Shown here piece after piece: positions 1 through 12,316 of a DNA stretch of 24,000 bases. Within the stretch, counting starts at the first letter, position 1. Each line of letters opens with the position of its first letter. The notes beneath the pieces are model-generated. The model saw only the letters and a list, made by a program, of their open reading frames with translations, did not search any database and was not told where the DNA came from. The stretch lies in NCBI GenBank assembly GCA_020635495.1, contig JACJZQ010000002.1:187503-211502 (forward strand). Reading direction: 5' to 3'. The DNA is from Flavobacteriales bacterium (GTDB lineage: Bacteria; Bacteroidota; Bacteroidia; UBA10329). The position numbers and the translations under genes were made by a program.

Positions 1-697
1 CAAACGGTTGCAATTCCTTTTTCACGTACAGAAAACTGCAACCTTTTGGCGTCAATAGCCATTTGTGGCACGCACCTGTGTAAATGTCAGCCTTCAATTC
101 TTGAAGATTCAATGGAATGTGTCCGGGAATATGGGCTCCGTCAACAATCGTTATCAAACCTTCTGCTTTTGCTCTTTCGCAGATTTCTTCAACGGGTAAT
201 CGCAGCCCGGTTGTGCTGGTAATATGGCTTACAAAAATGGCCTTTGTTCTGCTGGTCAGTCCGCTGAATATCTCTTCAATGATCTGCTCCTTGCTTGTTA
301 CAGGAAGTGAAATTCGTGGTTGAACGTACTTAGCGCCAGCCTTTTTGCAGTAATACTGCCATGTTCGGTCCATTGCCCCGTATTCCAGGTCGTTAGAAAG
401 TATCTCGTCTCCTTCCTTGAGTCCAAAATCCTTAATAATGATGTTCAGTGCATAACTCGGATTCATGGTAAAAACCACATCATCCTTATCGCAACCAATG
501 AAATTCCCGAGCGCTTCGCGCGATTTTTCCAGAAGAATCGGCCCTTGCTTCACAAAGAAATTGACCGTGTTCTTTTCCAATTCCAGTTGCCATTTCTGAT
601 AATCATCAAAAATGGGTTTCGGACATGCTCCGAACGAACCATGGTTAAGATGGATGATATCTGGGTTGAGCAGGAATTGGTCACGTATCGAGTTCAT
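1..697 (-). CDS. Class V (PLP-dependent) aminotransferase-fold enzyme, isopenicillin-N-epimerase / cysteine-desulfurase-like. N-terminal ~232 aa only; the 3' end lies beyond the window start.
   Basis: Absent from the ORF track because it has no stop codon in the window. Manual minus-strand translation from the ATG at 697 gives MNSIRDQFLLNPDIIHLNHGSFGACPKPIFDDYQKWQLELEKNTVNFF...GLITIVDGAHIPGHIPLNLQELKADIYTGACHKWLLTPKGCSFLYVKKELQPF and stays open to position 2. The LNHGSFG start and the HK (PLP-lysine) motif are typical of this fold. The + ORFs 117..323 and 320..748 are shadows of it. Confidence 0.8.
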   Translation of the reverse strand, partial: MNSIRDQFLLNPDIIHLNHGSFGACPKPIFDDYQKWQLELEKNTVNFFVKQGPILLEKSREALGNFIGCDKDDVVFTMNPSYALNIIIKDFGLKEGDEILSNDLEYGAMDRTWQYYCKKAGAKYVQPRISLPVTSKEQIIEEIFSGLTSRTKAIFVSHITSTTGLRLPVEEICERAKAEGLITIVDGAHIPGHIPLNLQELKADIYTGACHKWLLTPKGCSFLYVKKELQPF

Positions 698-706
698 GCC
701 AGAAAA

Positions 707-2008
707 TTACTCTTCCAGCAGAATTCCAGCCAACTGCTTCAACTGTAACTCAGCATTCTTGGCGTTGTATTTGGCCTGACTTAAACTGCTTTGTGCATTA
801 AGCATGTTCAGCTGAGCCTGCCTGAACTCAATGGAAGTGATCTGACTCTGCTTGTACATCTCGTTGCTGCGCTCAAAGTTGCGCTGCGTTGTAGCCAAAT
901 TGGCCAGCTGCGCCTGTAGCACGAACAGCGCATTCTGATACGAATCGTAAGCATTCAGCACATCCCGTTGCACGGTTAATGCTGTCCTTTCCTGCTGAAT
1001 TTTTTGCGTTTCTAACGCGATCTTGGCGTTTTGAACTCGAGTTTTGGTAGTTCCGCCATCGAAGATGTTCCAGCTCAAACTCAAGCCTGCTTGTGGACCA
1101 TAACTTTCGCTTCCCGTTAGGAAAGCGCCATTCGGGTTATTCTGACCTTGATAAGCATAAGCAGCATTGGCAGAAAGAGAAGGAAACCAACCAGAACGGC
1201 TGGCCTTTATGGCAAACTCGCTGTTTCTGAGTTGACTTTTGGTCTGCTCGATCTGCACGTTACGTTCCAAAGCTTTTTTGGTCAATTCTTCGGATGGCGA
1301 AGCCATATTGAAAACCACATTCGTATCTACCTGAAAGTCCTTATCCAGCGCGCGGCCCATGATAAGATTCAGATTCCGTTTGGCGTTTGATAGTTGCTGA
1401 ACGGTATTCAAAAGGTTGATGCTATCGTTATTCACATCAACCTCAGCATTCAGAATGTCCAATTGCGTGCCTTGGCCATATTCGTAACCGTATTGGGCAC
1501 GTTGCAGGCGTTTCTTGGATACTTCCAACGCGCTTTCCAGAATTCCAACTGACTCAGAAAGCTGCGCAATCTGGAAATAGGAACTTGACAACTGCAGAAC
1601 AGTATTCTCAATGATCTGCTTTGCCTGCAACTCAGTCAGGTTGTGTTGTTCCTTCAACTGTTTGTAATTATACATGCGGCCAAGGCCATTGAATATCACA
1701 TAATTCAAACCAACCGAAGCGTTGTAACTGTATGCGTCAGTTGGGTCGAATTCCTGAGTTCCCTGAACAGTTTCATTCTTGCCCGCATTGTAGGTCAATT
1801 GCCCGCTACCAGAAGCAGTTGCACTTGGCAGATAACCGCTGTTGTAAATGCTGGCGTTGCTCTTGGCCGTCTCCACGCTTTTCTGTGCTACTTGAATATC
1901 GTAGTTGTGCTGCAAGGCGAGTTTCATGGCCTCGTCTCGCGTTAGCAATTCCTGCGCACTGGAATTGAAAGCCAAGAACAACATTATGATGATCGGCCTA
2001 TAGGTCAT
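707..2008 (-). CDS. TolC-family outer membrane efflux protein (efflux operon 1)
   Basis: The track ORF is 707..2134. I place the start at the internal ATG at 2008 (MTYRPIIIMLFLAFNSSAQ, a signal peptide), because the upstream 42 codons overlap the pump gene. The length, the two-repeat coiled-coil/beta-barrel style sequence rich in Q/N/L/A, and the position after adaptor and pump all fit TolC/OprM-type OMFs. Confidence 0.9.
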   Translation of the reverse strand: MTYRPIIIMLFLAFNSSAQELLTRDEAMKLALQHNYDIQVAQKSVETAKSNASIYNSGYLPSATASGSGQLTYNAGKNETVQGTQEFDPTDAYSYNASVGLNYVIFNGLGRMYNYKQLKEQHNLTELQAKQIIENTVLQLSSSYFQIAQLSESVGILESALEVSKKRLQRAQYGYEYGQGTQLDILNAEVDVNNDSINLLNTVQQLSNAKRNLNLIMGRALDKDFQVDTNVVFNMASPSEELTKKALERNVQIEQTKSQLRNSEFAIKASRSGWFPSLSANAAYAYQGQNNPNGAFLTGSESYGPQAGLSLSWNIFDGGTTKTRVQNAKIALETQKIQQERTALTVQRDVLNAYDSYQNALFVLQAQLANLATTQRNFERSNEMYKQSQITSIEFRQAQLNMLNAQSSLSQAKYNAKNAELQLKQLAGILLEE

Positions 2009-5000
2009 AATTCTCTGATTCAAGTTCTTGAATAGCTGGTTCAACTTCTTCTTTGGTCGGTTTCTTGCCTTCCCAAAGCCAGTTGAGGTAAACCTTAATG
2101 GAATTGAGCACTGAAAGCAACATTGGCAGCACAACCAAGGTCAGCACGGTGGCAATGGCAATTCCGTAAGCCACAGAAATGGCCATTGGAATGAGGAATT
2201 GTGCTTGCCGACTCTTCTCCATAATAAGTGGTGCGAGTCCGGCAACGGTGGTGATGGAAGTAAGGAAAATGGCGCGGAAACGTGATTTTCCTGCTTCGAT
2301 GATGGCCACATCAAACGGCATTCCTTCCTTCAGATAGCTGTTCAGTTTGCCGATGAGTACCAATCCATCATTTACCATAATTCCGATAAGAGCAATGATT
2401 CCCAAAAACGAAAGCACGTTGACCGGGAATCCATGTAAATAGTGCCCCCAGGCCACCCCGATCAAACTGAACGGAACCATCAGGATGAGCAACAATGGTT
2501 GTCCGTAAGAGCGGAATGTGAATGCGATGACGATGTAGATCAGGAAGATGATAACTGGGAACACCTTTTTGGCCGAACCGATCACTTTTCCAGCTTCGCG
2601 ATTCTGACCTTCATACAAGGCTGAAACGGAAGGATATTTCGCCTTAAGATCTACCATGATATTTTCCTGTATATCTGTGAGTACATCCGATGCACTTTCC
2701 TTCGGGTTCTTGAGGTCAGCTTCCACTTTTATCTCGCGTTTTCCGTCCAAGTGATTTATGCTGATCTCGCCACGGTCGATTGAGTAATCCGCAATTTCGC
2801 TGAGTGGGACACGATGACCCGTTGGTGAAACGATACGCATTTCATCCAAGTCACTAATGGAAGATCGGCCTTCTCGTCCGTATCTAACCCAAACAATGAT
2901 CTCGTCTTGTCCGCGCTGAAAACGCTGCACTTGCAAGCCATTGAAACCAGCACGAACCTGACTAATGACATCACTCAGTGAAAAGCCCATCACGTAAGCT
3001 TTGTCTTTCAGTTGAAGTCGAATTTCCTTGATTCCTGCTGGGTCATTATCGCTGATGTCGCGAAGCAGAACGTTTTCTTCCAAGCGCTCTTTCAACTCAA
3101 CTTTGGCCGCCTTCAGTTCTTGAATGTTGTAGCTGAGCAGCGACACGGAAACGGGCTTTCCTCCAAAGTTGCTGCCTGCATCAAAGATCACGGCTTCCGC
3201 CTCTGGAAAATGACCTGCCAACTGCGCAATGGAGCCGGCAATGTCTGACGATGCAAAATCGCGTTCCTCACCAGGAAGCAAGTTCACCTTGATGGAACCG
3301 TTGGCAGTTCCGGGACCAATGCGTTTGATGACATTCTCAACCACTTGCTTATTACCGGTCTGCTTGGCAGTGTATTCTTCATTCACTTCCCAAGCAACGG
3401 CTTCAATCACCGAAAGAACGGAATCGGTTATCTCAGGATTGATTCCCTGCGGCATTTTAACGGTGATGTTCACCTGATCAGAAGTAATCACAGGGAAGAA
3501 AGTTCCTTTAATGATTCCTCCTCTGAACGCCCCTACGGTGATAAGAAAAAGAGCCAGAATTGAAGCAAATCCGATCGGTTTGTACTTCATGCTGAACTTG
3601 AGAAATGGAATGTATGTAGTGTCGCGCATGAAACGCATGGCACGCTCCGCCCATTCATTGAATTTGTATGTTTTCTGTTCTGGCGAAAGCGCTTTAGAGT
3701 GCGCTACGTGCGCTGGAAGAATGATGAGCGCTTCAATCAAAGAGAAACTCAATGTGAGTATGACAACAATGGAAACCTCTCCGAAAAACTCGCCTATGCG
3801 GCCATCTAAAAAGAAGAAAGTGGAAAACGCAATTAGGGTTGTTAGAATGGCTGAGCCAATTGCCGGAAGAACTTCCATTGTTCCGTCAACAGCTGCACGA
3901 ATTCGGTCTTTACCCTTCTCATAATGATGGTAGATATTCTCAGCAATCACAATTCCATCATCCACCAGAATACCCAGTACAATGATCATCCCGAAAAGGG
4001 AAAGTACATTGATGGTGACATCAAACGATGATGCCAACATAAACATTCCCATAAATGATATGGGAATACCAAAAGCAACCCATCCTGCCAGTCTGGGACG
4101 GAGAAAAAGTCCAAGAAAGAAAAGAACCAAGACCAGGCCCATTCCACCATTTTCAAGAAGCAGTTTGGTTCGTTCTATGATCACTTCAGAACGATTGCTC
4201 GTCACGTTCATCTGAACATTAGCGTGCGTAGCATTAAAGGATTCGGCATACGCGATAACCTTGTTTGCACCAGCCACCAGATCTTCACTGTTTGTGGTGT
4301 TCAATTCTACCTGTACGGCTGCCTGACCGTTGAAGTATGTTCTGTCTGGGTTTTCTGACCACGCATCGCGAACCTCGGCCACATCCAACAATCGGATAAT
4401 TCCGCCAGAAGCATCCGTTTTGAGAATGATGTTGTCAATCTCATTGGCGTAATATGAGCGGTTTTTCACTCGGATCAGGTAATCTTCAGCTTCTGTTTTA
4501 ATGGAACCACCTGTGCTCAGAATGTTGTTGTTGGCTACCGCATTGGCCACTTCGCGGAATGTGAGGTTGTACGCACGCAGTTTTTCCTCATTCAACGAAA
4601 CAACGATTTCCTCTTCTGGAAAACCCGTTAGCGTTAGCTGCGAAATACCTTCAATGTTCCGAAGATCGGTCTCCACTTCACGGGCAATGGACTTCAGAGT
4701 TTTGAGCGTGATGTTCTCTCCGCTGATGACAAATTCAATCGCCCGATTCAAGTTCTCATTCTTGGCAACCACGGGTGGTTCCATTTCGGCTGGGAAAGAA
4801 GGAACCTTGTCAACAGCGTTCTTCACATCCGCTAGCAACACGTCAATGTCGTAGCCTTTTTCGGATTCAACGGTAATCACGGCCGTGTTTTCAGAAGATG
4901 CCGAAGTAAACCGGTCAATACCGACCAATCCACGCAGGTTGTCTTCGATCTTGAGCACCACGCCCTCTTCCATCTCTTCTGGAGAAGCACCAGGATAGGC

Positions 5001-5150
5001 AACATTGACGGTCACCACTTTCGAGTCCTGAAGTGGAAAGAAGCTGGATTTCAGCGATAGTAACCCGACTCCACCCAGCACAACCGACATGAGAATCAGC
5101 GTGTTGACCGCAACAGGGTACTTGATAAAATGCGAGATAATGCTTTTCAC
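1998..5150 (-). CDS. RND efflux transporter permease, AcrB/AcrD/AcrF superfamily (pump 1, 1050 aa)
   Basis: GTG start immediately after the adaptor stop. It has the N-terminal TM1 followed by a large periplasmic loop, the TM4 motif LGILVDDGIVIAENIY, the second-half motif GIMVNDGLVLIGKL and the conserved SRFRAIFLTSITTVAG. Size and two-fold internal repeat are typical of RND pumps. Confidence 0.95.
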   Translation of the reverse strand: MKSIISHFIKYPVAVNTLILMSVVLGGVGLLSLKSSFFPLQDSKVVTVNVAYPGASPEEMEEGVVLKIEDNLRGLVGIDRFTSASSENTAVITVESEKGYDIDVLLADVKNAVDKVPSFPAEMEPPVVAKNENLNRAIEFVISGENITLKTLKSIAREVETDLRNIEGISQLTLTGFPEEEIVVSLNEEKLRAYNLTFREVANAVANNNILSTGGSIKTEAEDYLIRVKNRSYYANEIDNIILKTDASGGIIRLLDVAEVRDAWSENPDRTYFNGQAAVQVELNTTNSEDLVAGANKVIAYAESFNATHANVQMNVTSNRSEVIIERTKLLLENGGMGLVLVLFFLGLFLRPRLAGWVAFGIPISFMGMFMLASSFDVTINVLSLFGMIIVLGILVDDGIVIAENIYHHYEKGKDRIRAAVDGTMEVLPAIGSAILTTLIAFSTFFFLDGRIGEFFGEVSIVVILTLSFSLIEALIILPAHVAHSKALSPEQKTYKFNEWAERAMRFMRDTTYIPFLKFSMKYKPIGFASILALFLITVGAFRGGIIKGTFFPVITSDQVNITVKMPQGINPEITDSVLSVIEAVAWEVNEEYTAKQTGNKQVVENVIKRIGPGTANGSIKVNLLPGEERDFASSDIAGSIAQLAGHFPEAEAVIFDAGSNFGGKPVSVSLLSYNIQELKAAKVELKERLEENVLLRDISDNDPAGIKEIRLQLKDKAYVMGFSLSDVISQVRAGFNGLQVQRFQRGQDEIIVWVRYGREGRSSISDLDEMRIVSPTGHRVPLSEIADYSIDRGEISINHLDGKREIKVEADLKNPKESASDVLTDIQENIMVDLKAKYPSVSALYEGQNREAGKVIGSAKKVFPVIIFLIYIVIAFTFRSYGQPLLLILMVPFSLIGVAWGHYLHGFPVNVLSFLGIIALIGIMVNDGLVLIGKLNSYLKEGMPFDVAIIEAGKSRFRAIFLTSITTVAGLAPLIMEKSRQAQFLIPMAISVAYGIAIATVLTLVVLPMLLSVLNSIKVYLNWLWEGKKPTKEEVEPAIQELESENYDL

Positions 5151-5156
5151 AATGGC

Positions 5157-6278
5157 TTAGTTTTTCTCCTCGTAGATTGAGATTTTCATACCCGGATAAG
5201 CACTCGGAGGCATCTTGGTAAGCACCTCATCTCCGTCTTTCAATCCGCGAACTACCACTGTTTTTTCATTGAGATAAAGTGGTTCTACTTGATACTGAAC
5301 CAGCAACGTATCCTTTGCGATGTAAACCTGATCTTCCTCAAACAATACGCTTCGGTCAATGGCAAAAGCATCTTCAATTTCGGTGGCTTTGATGGTCGCT
5401 TCTAAGAACATTCCTTCTTCCAGATGCGCGCCAGATACTTCGATGTAGGCATTCACCGTCTGAGTACCAGCGTTGACCGCACTATTGATGCGGGTGATCT
5501 TTCCCGTCCATGTGTTCTCCAATTCGGAAGTGGTGTGGAGTTCTACGGATTGACCAATGCTGATATGTTTGACCATGGATGATGGAATCGGTGTCTCCAT
5601 CTCGTAAACTGTAGGGTCGATAAACGTTCCGAGTTTTTGTCCTGGACGAATTAATGTACCTGGATCAACCAGCGCCTCGATCAGAACACCATTGAATGGC
5701 GCAAACAGATCGTATTTCTGAAGTGTGAGCTCTGCATTCTTAACGTTGTAATAGGTTGAAAAGACCTTTCTTCCAGTAATGAACAGCCGTTCCTTATCAC
5801 TGGCAATCTCTGGAAGCGTAGGTAGGGGTTTGTTGATATCAATGCTGGAAAGGAAGTTTTCCCATTTTCCGAATGCATCAGGAAAATCCAACTTCAGATC
5901 GGGCAAGGCTGCCGTCAACAGATTCTGCAATTCGCTTTTCTGCGCTTGTAGTCCAGCGCTGAAAACATCCGATTCAATTTCAACCAAACGCTCGCCCTTG
6001 TTGTATCGCGTACCAGCTTTGAACGGCTTCGCGGATGAAAGCATGACACCTTGTACTTCTGCGAACAGATCAATACGGTTTTTGGCAGTCAGACTACCAG
6101 TAGCCGATAACGTTATTGGCACTGCTCTGTTCTCCACTTTCTGAGTAAAAACGGTGGTTATCTGCTTGGTCTTTTTCTTTTCTGGTGGCTTCTTGCTATC
6201 TGCCAATTTTCTCATGGCAAAAACACCGCCAGCAACAATGGCTACAGCCACAAGTACAATGATGATTTTTCGTGTCAT
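5157..6278 (-). CDS. RND efflux periplasmic adaptor subunit (MFP/HlyD-type)
   Basis: 373 aa with an N-terminal membrane anchor (MTRKIIIVLVAVAIVAGGVFA). It has a lipoyl/beta-barrel-like sequence and sits directly upstream of the RND permease, 6 nt from its start. Confidence 0.9.
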   Translation of the reverse strand: MTRKIIIVLVAVAIVAGGVFAMRKLADSKKPPEKKKTKQITTVFTQKVENRAVPITLSATGSLTAKNRIDLFAEVQGVMLSSAKPFKAGTRYNKGERLVEIESDVFSAGLQAQKSELQNLLTAALPDLKLDFPDAFGKWENFLSSIDINKPLPTLPEIASDKERLFITGRKVFSTYYNVKNAELTLQKYDLFAPFNGVLIEALVDPGTLIRPGQKLGTFIDPTVYEMETPIPSSMVKHISIGQSVELHTTSELENTWTGKITRINSAVNAGTQTVNAYIEVSGAHLEEGMFLEATIKATEIEDAFAIDRSVLFEEDQVYIAKDTLLVQYQVEPLYLNEKTVVVRGLKDGDEVLTKMPPSAYPGMKISIYEEKN

Positions 6279-6283
6279 ATTAT

Positions 6284-6787
6284 TTAGTTGTTACTGCAAC
6301 CAATATCATGTTTCTCAATATTCTCCTGAATCTTCTTCATAGTTTGAATCACCACTCTTTGGTCTTCTTCTGAGATTCCCTCTTGCATAAACATCATGGT
6401 TTGCAAAAGCACGGGGGCTATTTCCTGAAGAACTTTTTCTCCATGCTTGGTGAGATGAACCATATTTACCCGTTTATCTTCAGCAGAAGTGATTCTTGCT
6501 ACCAGGTTTTTCTTCTCCATGGTAGCTAAAAGTCGGGTCAGACTCGTCTTATCTCTGTCCGTTAAGAAGGCTAAATTGTTTTGCGGAAGCGGTCCATCAT
6601 GGAATAGAATCTTCAGCAATATGACCTGCTGACGTGTCAGATTCACTCCATGCTCTGCCATTCTGGTGGCAATGAAAAGGTCGATGTGCTTCATGGTCTT
6701 GCCGATCCATGGCATCATCATTTCTTCCATTCCGGGAAAGATTCCTTTTCTCATTTCAAGGGCCAAAGGTATGGTTATATGTTGCAT
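6284..6787 (-). CDS. MarR-family transcriptional regulator, first gene of efflux operon 1
   Basis: Winged-helix region LTRQQVILLKILFHDGPLPQNNLAFLTDRDKTSLTRLLATMEKKNLVARITSAEDKRVNMVHLTKHGE. The stop lies 5 nt before the adaptor ATG. The start is ambiguous between the TTG at 6793 (track) and the ATG at 6787; I prefer the ATG. Confidence 0.85.
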   Translation of the reverse strand: MQHITIPLALEMRKGIFPGMEEMMMPWIGKTMKHIDLFIATRMAEHGVNLTRQQVILLKILFHDGPLPQNNLAFLTDRDKTSLTRLLATMEKKNLVARITSAEDKRVNMVHLTKHGEKVLQEIAPVLLQTMMFMQEGISEEDQRVVIQTMKKIQENIEKHDIGCSNN

Positions 6788-6794
6788 ATGCAAC
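6781..6794. promoter_or_regulatory. Perfect 14-bp palindrome GTTGCATATGCAAC centred on the marR start codon; candidate operator
   Basis: Read directly from the sequence. The central CATATG contains the preferred marR ATG. MarR-family dimers bind palindromes, but the function here is inferred only. Confidence 0.3.
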
Positions 6795-6855
6795 TAATTT
6801 AAATGTTAAAACATCGAATTTGCCGAAACCTATGAACCTGCCAGAGTCAGTGTCA

Positions 6856-7314
6856 TCAGTTTTTCAAGAGAACATAACCATTTAATGAGGTAGCAATCAG
6901 CAACCAAACGAAATACGGAAGCACCAATAATGCTTTGTATCTGAGTTGCGGTAGAAAGCCGAGAAGAAAGTACCCTACCAATAGCGTAAGTGCGGTTATA
7001 ATGAGTAATCCTGCACCTACCTGATGGAACTTGAAGAACACCGGGTTCCAAAAAACATTCAAAATCCATTGAACACTGAATAGTGTAATCAGCAGTTTCG
7101 TGGGTTCAATTTCTTGCCAAGCGTAGGCCATGTAAATCGAGAAACACAGCATAATGGTAGTCCATGCCGCACCGAAAACCCATCCGGGCGGGGTCCAAGG
7201 TGCTTTATTCAGGCTTTGATACCATTCGCCTTGAACTTCACCGCCCATCAGCAATCCGCCAATGCCCAACGCACCGAAATTCAGAATCAGAAATACGAGT
7301 AATGGTTTCCACAT
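6856..7314 (-). CDS. tspO: TspO/MBR family tryptophan-rich sensory protein
   Basis: 152 aa with five hydrophobic helices and the signature KAPWTPPGWVFGAAWTTIM plus W-rich segments (SVQWILNVFWNPVFF). Confidence 0.9.
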   Translation of the reverse strand: MWKPLLVFLILNFGALGIGGLLMGGEVQGEWYQSLNKAPWTPPGWVFGAAWTTIMLCFSIYMAYAWQEIEPTKLLITLFSVQWILNVFWNPVFFKFHQVGAGLLIITALTLLVGYFLLGFLPQLRYKALLVLPYFVWLLIATSLNGYVLLKN

Positions 7315-7438
7315 AATGCTGGCTTTTGTGAGTTAACATCGAATGTATAAAATGGTTGTGATGTTGCTCAATCAGGTGGCTGATGATGGTCATGATGCTC
7401 AATTTCAATCTCAAATACCTTGGCTCAAAATTGAAACC

Positions 7439-7852
7439 ATGTTAGTACAAGACGCAATGACCGCTCACACAAGAACGGTTCGGCCAGACCAGAGTCTGAG
7501 CGATGTAAGAAGCATTTTTGAAGAGGAAGGGTTCCGCCACCTGCCGGTAATGGGAAATGATAGAATAGTTGGCATCATAACGCATACCGATCTGATGCGA
7601 GTGACGTACGGTGCGCACATCGCGGAAGCAGATTTTGAGGTGAATAATCTCATTTTGGAAACAACCACGGTGGATGAAGCAATGAGCAAAGACCTCAAGA
7701 CCATTGAGCCCAGTGCACATTTAGCAGAGGCTGCGCGCATCATGCGGAAATACAAAGTCGGCTGTGTTCCTGTGATTGAAAATGGAGACCTTCTTGGCTT
7801 GGTAACCACAACAGATGTGTTGTCGGCTTACATCCAAGAGAAGGTTGGTTAG
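7439..7852 (+). CDS. Stand-alone CBS-domain pair protein
   Basis: Two CBS repeats: MTAHTRTVRPDQSLSDVRSIFEEEGFRHLPVMGNDRIVGIITHTDLMRV and AMSKDLKTIEPSAHLAEAARIMRKYKVGCVPVIENGDLLGLVTTTDVL. The track ORF starts at 7343, but the ATG at 7439 (MLVQDAM) gives the usual domain boundary. The start is uncertain. Confidence 0.8.
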   Translation: MLVQDAMTAHTRTVRPDQSLSDVRSIFEEEGFRHLPVMGNDRIVGIITHTDLMRVTYGAHIAEADFEVNNLILETTTVDEAMSKDLKTIEPSAHLAEAARIMRKYKVGCVPVIENGDLLGLVTTTDVLSAYIQEKVG

Positions 7853-7900
7853 AGATTACCTCCTACTCTGCAGATTATTTCTGAAATTAGCCAACTTTAA

Positions 7901-10883
<2,983 letters not shown>

Positions 10884-10887
<4 letters not shown>

Positions 10888-11771
10888 TTCTTATCTCTTA
10901 AATGTTTCGGTCCTTGAGGGGTGTAATTCTGAACCAGCGCTCGGATTCCGAAATCTTCAATTGCGATCAGCCGTTTTTTGTAAAGTGACCCGATGGCTTT
11001 TTTGAACAGCTTTTTACTCATTCCGAGCTTGGCGGTTATTTCCTCCGGACTGCTTTTATCAGATAATCCCAATGTTCCTCCGCTAGCATTCAGAACATCC
11101 AATATCTTCTGTGCATTCGGCTCAATGCTGGCAACTCCAAGCGGCTGTAGACTTACATCTATCTTGCCATCGGGACGAATCTGTTTAATAAATCCTTTCA
11201 GCTCATCTCCAATTTCAATGTCCCGATCAACCTCATTCTCATAGATCAATCCACCATGTTTACCGTTGATAATGACCTGAAACCCAAGTTCGGTTTCGTT
11301 GTAAACTTTCATGTCAACTTCTTCACCCTGATATATGGTCAGGTTTTCCTGGTCAAGCAATCTTCCGATTCTCGGAGTTGCTACAAGCCGATTTGAATGT
11401 TCATCCAGATACACACCAACCAAGTACTTTTCTCCAACAAACATCCGCTCCACCATTTCTCCGTATGGGACAAAAAGGTCTTTCTCTAAGCCCCAATCCA
11501 AGAACGCACCAACGCGTGCAACCTGCTTCACTTCCAGTTCTTTGAATTCGCCAGGAAGGATGTACGGCTTTAGCGTAGTGGCAACGGGTCTTTCCTGAGA
11601 ATCGAGATATACGAAAACCTCCACTTCCGTGCCTTCCTTCATACCCGGTTTCAGGTACTTGTTCGGAAGTAGTATCACGTCTTCGTGCTCGGCATCTAGT
11701 TCTCCCAGATACGCCCCAACGCTGGTAAAACGATGAATGATAAGTGTGTTATAAGCGCCTAGTTTGAACAT
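10884..11771 (-). CDS. S1-like RNA-binding protein of the CvfB/YitL family
   Basis: 295 aa. It has repeated S1-like modules (MFKLGAYNTLIIHRFTSVGAYLGELD...; KQVARVGAFLDWGLEKDLFVPYGE; GFQVIINGKHGGLIYENEV) and a C-terminal winged-helix-like tail (SPEEITAKLGMSKKLFKKAIGSLYKKRLI). Confidence 0.8.
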
Positions 11772-11795
11772 TTGAAGCCTTTCGTGTGCAGGACA

Positions 11796-11837
11796 TTCCC
11801 CTCTTGAGAGGGGCTGGGGTGTGTTAAATTCACCCCC
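11796..11837 (+). repeat. REP-like unit A: palindrome CCCCTCTTGAGAGGGG (11798-11813), CT spacer, GGGGTGTGT (11816-11824), TAAATT, CACCCCC
   Basis: Read directly from the sequence. GGGGTG/CACCCC (11816-11821 / 11831-11836) can form a second hairpin. Confidence 0.8.
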
Positions 11838-11841
11838 AAAG

Positions 11842-12228
11842 CTAATCAGTAGAATTGACGTGGTTTTCTATCCATGTGTCAATTGCCCGAACAACCTCGT
11901 CAATATCCTGAAAAACCTCATCATCATGGAATCTGAGAATGGTAATTCCCAACTGATTCATTCGTTGTGTTTTTTCATGGTCACGTTCCTGAATTTCATC
12001 GAACATGTGGCTGATGCCATCCAACTCGATGCCCAGCATCAATTCATGACAGAAAAAATCCAGAATGTAGTTGTCAATCGGTTTCTGACGATGAAAATCA
12101 TAACCGAGTCGCTGCTTTCCTTTCAATCTTTTCCATAGCCAGATTTCTGATCGGGTTGAGTTGTTTCGTAACTGCCTTGCAAATTCTTTCAGCTTTGGAT
12201 TATACGGGATGATTCTTCCAGGCACCAT
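11842..12228 (-). CDS. DUF559 (PF04480) endonuclease-domain protein, Vsr/restriction-endonuclease-like fold
   Basis: MVPGRIIPYNPKLKEFARQLRNNSTRSEIWLWKRLKGKQRLGYDFHRQKPIDNYILDFFCHELMLGIELDGISH... matches the family pattern (R..T.aE..LW..Lr...l.g.kFrRQ.pig.yivDF.c....l.iElDG..H). The track start is the GTG at 12255; the ATG at 12228 fits family length better. Confidence 0.85.
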   Translation of the reverse strand: MVPGRIIPYNPKLKEFARQLRNNSTRSEIWLWKRLKGKQRLGYDFHRQKPIDNYILDFFCHELMLGIELDGISHMFDEIQERDHEKTQRMNQLGITILRFHDDEVFQDIDEVVRAIDTWIENHVNSTD

Positions 12229-12250
12229 GAAGAATACATATAGAATAAAA

Positions 12251-12302
12251 CACACCCCTAAGTTTTAATTCGACACACCCCCAGCCCCTCTCAAGAGGGG
12301 AG
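12251..12302 (-). repeat. REP-like unit B, inverted relative to unit A: complement of 12273-12301 reads TCCCCTCTTGAGAGGGGCTGGGGGTGTGT
   Basis: Identical to unit A 11797-11824 apart from one extra G in the G-run. A second CACACCCC lies at 12251-12258. Confidence 0.8.
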
Positions 12303-12316
12303 TTTTGTTGTGTGAA

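Larger units (their letters stand above)
11796..12302 (-). mobile_element. Candidate selfish or mobile unit: a single DUF559 gene between ~29-bp terminal inverted repeats
   Basis: Inverted units A and B, with tails pointing inward, flank one ORF inserted between conserved genes. I could find no target-site duplication, and mobility is inferred only. Confidence 0.3.

Noticed and set aside
117-748. + strand ORFs 117..323 and 320..748 at the left edge.
   Set aside because: The minus strand here encodes a clearly recognisable class V aminotransferase that is open to the window edge. The + ORFs have no family features.
2009-2134. N-terminal extension of the tolC 1 ORF (MCCQCCFQCSIPL...).
   Set aside because: It overlaps the 3' end of the pump gene. 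The internal ATG at 2008 is followed by a proper signal peptide.
7315-7438. Direct repeat GATG(T)TGCTCAAT (about 7361 and 7399) and the 32 extra in-frame codons upstream of the CBS gene.
   Set aside because: The repeat is short, imperfect and occurs only twice, with no associated structure. The upstream codons encode no CBS-family sequence, so I treat the region as the tspO/CBS divergent promoter region.
11842-12228. DUF559 gene as part of a restriction-modification or other defence system.
   Set aside because: No methyltransferase, specificity subunit, ATPase or other defence-associated gene is adjacent. Both neighbours are conserved housekeeping genes.
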